This document shows, in pieces, positions 62,068-64,000 of a stretch of 64,000 bases of DNA (the first letter of the stretch is position 1; the number at the start of each line of letters is the position of its first letter). Where the stretch lies: NCBI GenBank assembly GCA_951804945.1, contig OX638162.1:30070001-30134000 (forward strand), in the 5' to 3' direction. The translations under genes and the position numbers were made by a program. Under the pieces are notes generated by a model. That model worked only from the letters and a program-made list of their open reading frames with translations. It made no database searches and was not told the DNA's origin. This stretch comes from Podarcis cretensis (taxonomy: Eukaryota).

Positions 62068-62415
62068 CAGGGTTGCCAACTTGAATAAAATATGGGAGGG
62101 CAGGCAAGCCCCGCCCCGCATAATCGATCACATGACAGGGTGCAGGCACACAATTTGAATGGCAATAACCATAGCTGTCAACCTTCCCTTTTTTTTTTGC
62201 GGGAAATTCCCTTATTCCAGCGCTGTTTCCCGCTGCTATCCCGGATTGTTAGATATCCCGCAGGCTGTCCCCGGGACAGGTGAGGCTGCTGATCGCTTAT
62301 TTTTGAGGCTACTGATCCCTTATTTTCAAATCTGAAAGTTGACAGCTATGGGGGGGGCTGGATCCCTCAAATATTTTATTGGGGGCAGCGAAGACTCCTC
62401 GGCATGACTCCTATG
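62068..62415. mobile_element. Composite hAT-like relics; inner element 62170-62350
   Basis: Perfect 13-bp TIR catagctgtcaac / gttgacagctatg inside a sequence starting cagggttgccaac; no TSD seen. Confidence 0.6.
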
Positions 62416-62569
62416 AGGGGAGGGGGAAAATTCCAGCAAACCGAAATACGGCCTTGTTTCTTCGTGGGCTCGCCAAAATCTGCCATCATTAAAGAAAACG
62501 AACTTTCCCTGCCCTACTTCTATCAATGTGCCCCGTTGTGAGTTTGATTCCTCCCGCTTTGAGGTGCCA

Positions 62570-64000
62570 TCCTCACCCCCGAGCATGCGCAGAATGTCTC
62601 CTCTTTCCTCAGGGAACAAGCAACCGATTTGCTGCCAAGCAGGGCTGAAGCCCTCCAATGCCTCTCATGCCCGCATAGTATAACTAGATCGCCCTGAAGC
62701 TGCCTTTATATCGGTGGGGCTCCCTCCTTCCCGAGGAAGCAGAGGCAGTTGGCTCCGTGGTGGCGTCCGCCTGTTTCCTGCAGATCCTTCGCGGTTGCAC
62801 TGGGCGAGGAGTTAGCAATGCAGAGTTGCAAACTGCAACGGGGCAGAACACCACCCCCGCTTCCCAAATGGGTCCCTTTGCCCCAGTGTCCTGTTTCCAA
62901 CCGCAGCTAGCCCGGAGCCGCAACAACGGGGTATCTTGCCTCTGGACATGGAGGTTCTCCGCGGAGGCGCGCGTCTTCAGGAAAGGGGCCGTGCATCGCC
63001 TCCCCGGCTCTTCTCCGGTGGGAGCCCTTTCCCCGCTGCGGCGCTCCCCGGAGAGGCTCCAGCCTCCAGCCGCCGCTTCTTCCAGCGAGTGCCCACTGGG
63101 CGGGGCGACCTGGCGGAGGCTCCTGCCAAGCTGGTTGGGCTGGGAGGTGCAGCCGGAGACACACCCCGCTAGGCTGGCCCGACAGCGCCGCCGCGCCAGG
63201 AAGGAGAACGGGCGGCCGCTCCCTACCGCCTTCCCCTCCGCCTCCACCTCCTCGCCGCCGCCCAACGGACGGAGCGGACACTCCCCTCCCGCGTTCCGAG
63301 CAGCCGCCGCAGCCTGAGAAACAGCAGCAGCCTTCTCGTCCTGGCCGGACGACCGACGGGCTCCGACTAGACGGAACCGCCGCTGCTCCCTCTGCCTTGG
63401 CTCGTCCTCATGGCCACCCCGGAGGAGATCGACGGGGCGGGCGTGGCCCGGCCCCACTACGGCTGTGAGTCTCGGGCCGAGGGAGGGAAGGGCGCGTTGC
63501 TTGCGGCTTGAGAGATGCCTCGGGCCGTCGGTTTGGTGCCAGCGTCTCCTCCGCCGCCGCCGGGGCCGCTTTGTTGGAGCTGGCGCCCAGGCACAGCCCT
63601 TACCGGGCCCGGAGGAATCGTTCCGGCTGGCGGGGAAGGAGGACGCTGGCTCGCTTGGCCCGGGACTGTGGGTTTATTTGGCCGAGCAGGAAGCTGTGAA
63701 AGTCTTGGCGCCCCCTGCCTCCCCATCGCCCCCTCAACATGGCTGGTGGGCGGGCGGGAAGCAGCGCTCCCCGGATTGATCGTGTGAACGGCCTGCCTCG
63801 CCGAGCGGCGCGCGTTTCTCTCGGGCTCGTTTGCACGCGCTGTCGCTTTTCGCAGGGTCACGGGCCGGGTCCCCTGTTGGGCATCTTTGAGCGAAGCAGC
63901 CGCTTTCTCTCGCGCTCTTTCTTTTCCCGGGAGGGCCGGGGGGGGGGAGAGAGGAAGAGGAGGAGGCCCGATTTTAGGGGCCGTGGGGCGGGGTAAGGAC
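62570..64000. promoter_or_regulatory. IQGAP1 CpG island/promoter
   Basis: Dense CpG around exon 1; NRF1-like gcatgcgca at ~62583. Confidence 0.85.
63410..63464 (+). CDS. IQGAP1: IQGAP1 coding exon 1 (gene continues beyond the window)
   Basis: ATG at 63410 gives MATPEEIDGAGVARPHYG(S), matching the IQGAP1 N-terminus (human MSAADEVDGLGVARPHYGS, recalled). 55 coding nt, then a T|GTGAGT donor; within a CpG island. Confidence 0.9.

Noticed and set aside
62684-63457. 257-aa minus-strand ORF and other ORFs in the right-hand island
   Set aside because: GC artefacts; the real coding segment is the 55-nt IQGAP1 exon, which is absent from the ORF track. No SCAN or zinc-finger motifs, so not ZSCAN29.
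1-64000. CRISPR arrays, operons or prokaryotic defence systems
   Set aside because: Intron-containing vertebrate DNA; no repeat-spacer array seen.

Overview
Vertebrate genomic DNA from a squamate reptile, probably a lacertid lizard (Sauria SINEs with ACCTTT tails, squamate-type CR1/L2/L1/Penelope/hAT repeats). The region is compact and gene-dense, with five CpG islands. Four genes were traced by hand using splice sites and reading-frame phase: the 5' part of MAP1A (- strand, exons 1-2; the rest presumably lies left of the window), complete TP53BP1 (+, 25 coding exons, ~1844 aa), complete TUBGCP4 (-, 18 exons, ~702 aa) and exon 1 of IQGAP1 (+), head-to-head with TUBGCP4. Mobile DNA includes a young 5'-truncated L1 with an intact ORF2 and 18-bp TSD, a solo LTR, several hAT/Tc1 MITEs with TSDs (one OC1-like) and nested insertions. 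The most interesting signals: (1) this 53BP1 keeps its Tudor, UDR and p53-binding surfaces but appears to have lost key regulatory residues (BRCT phosphate-binding RTxK -> RNxI, mitotic T1609-equivalent -> Met, no KEN boxes); (2) MAP1A has tandem RFX X-boxes centred on its two ATGs plus a near-perfect intronic REST site; (3) GCP4 has a ~38-aa Q/P/G insertion; (4) TUBGCP4 is adjacent to IQGAP1, unlike in human; (5) a 21-bp intronic hairpin. I found no convincing wholly new system. Human residue numbers and comparisons are recalled from memory and need alignment checks.
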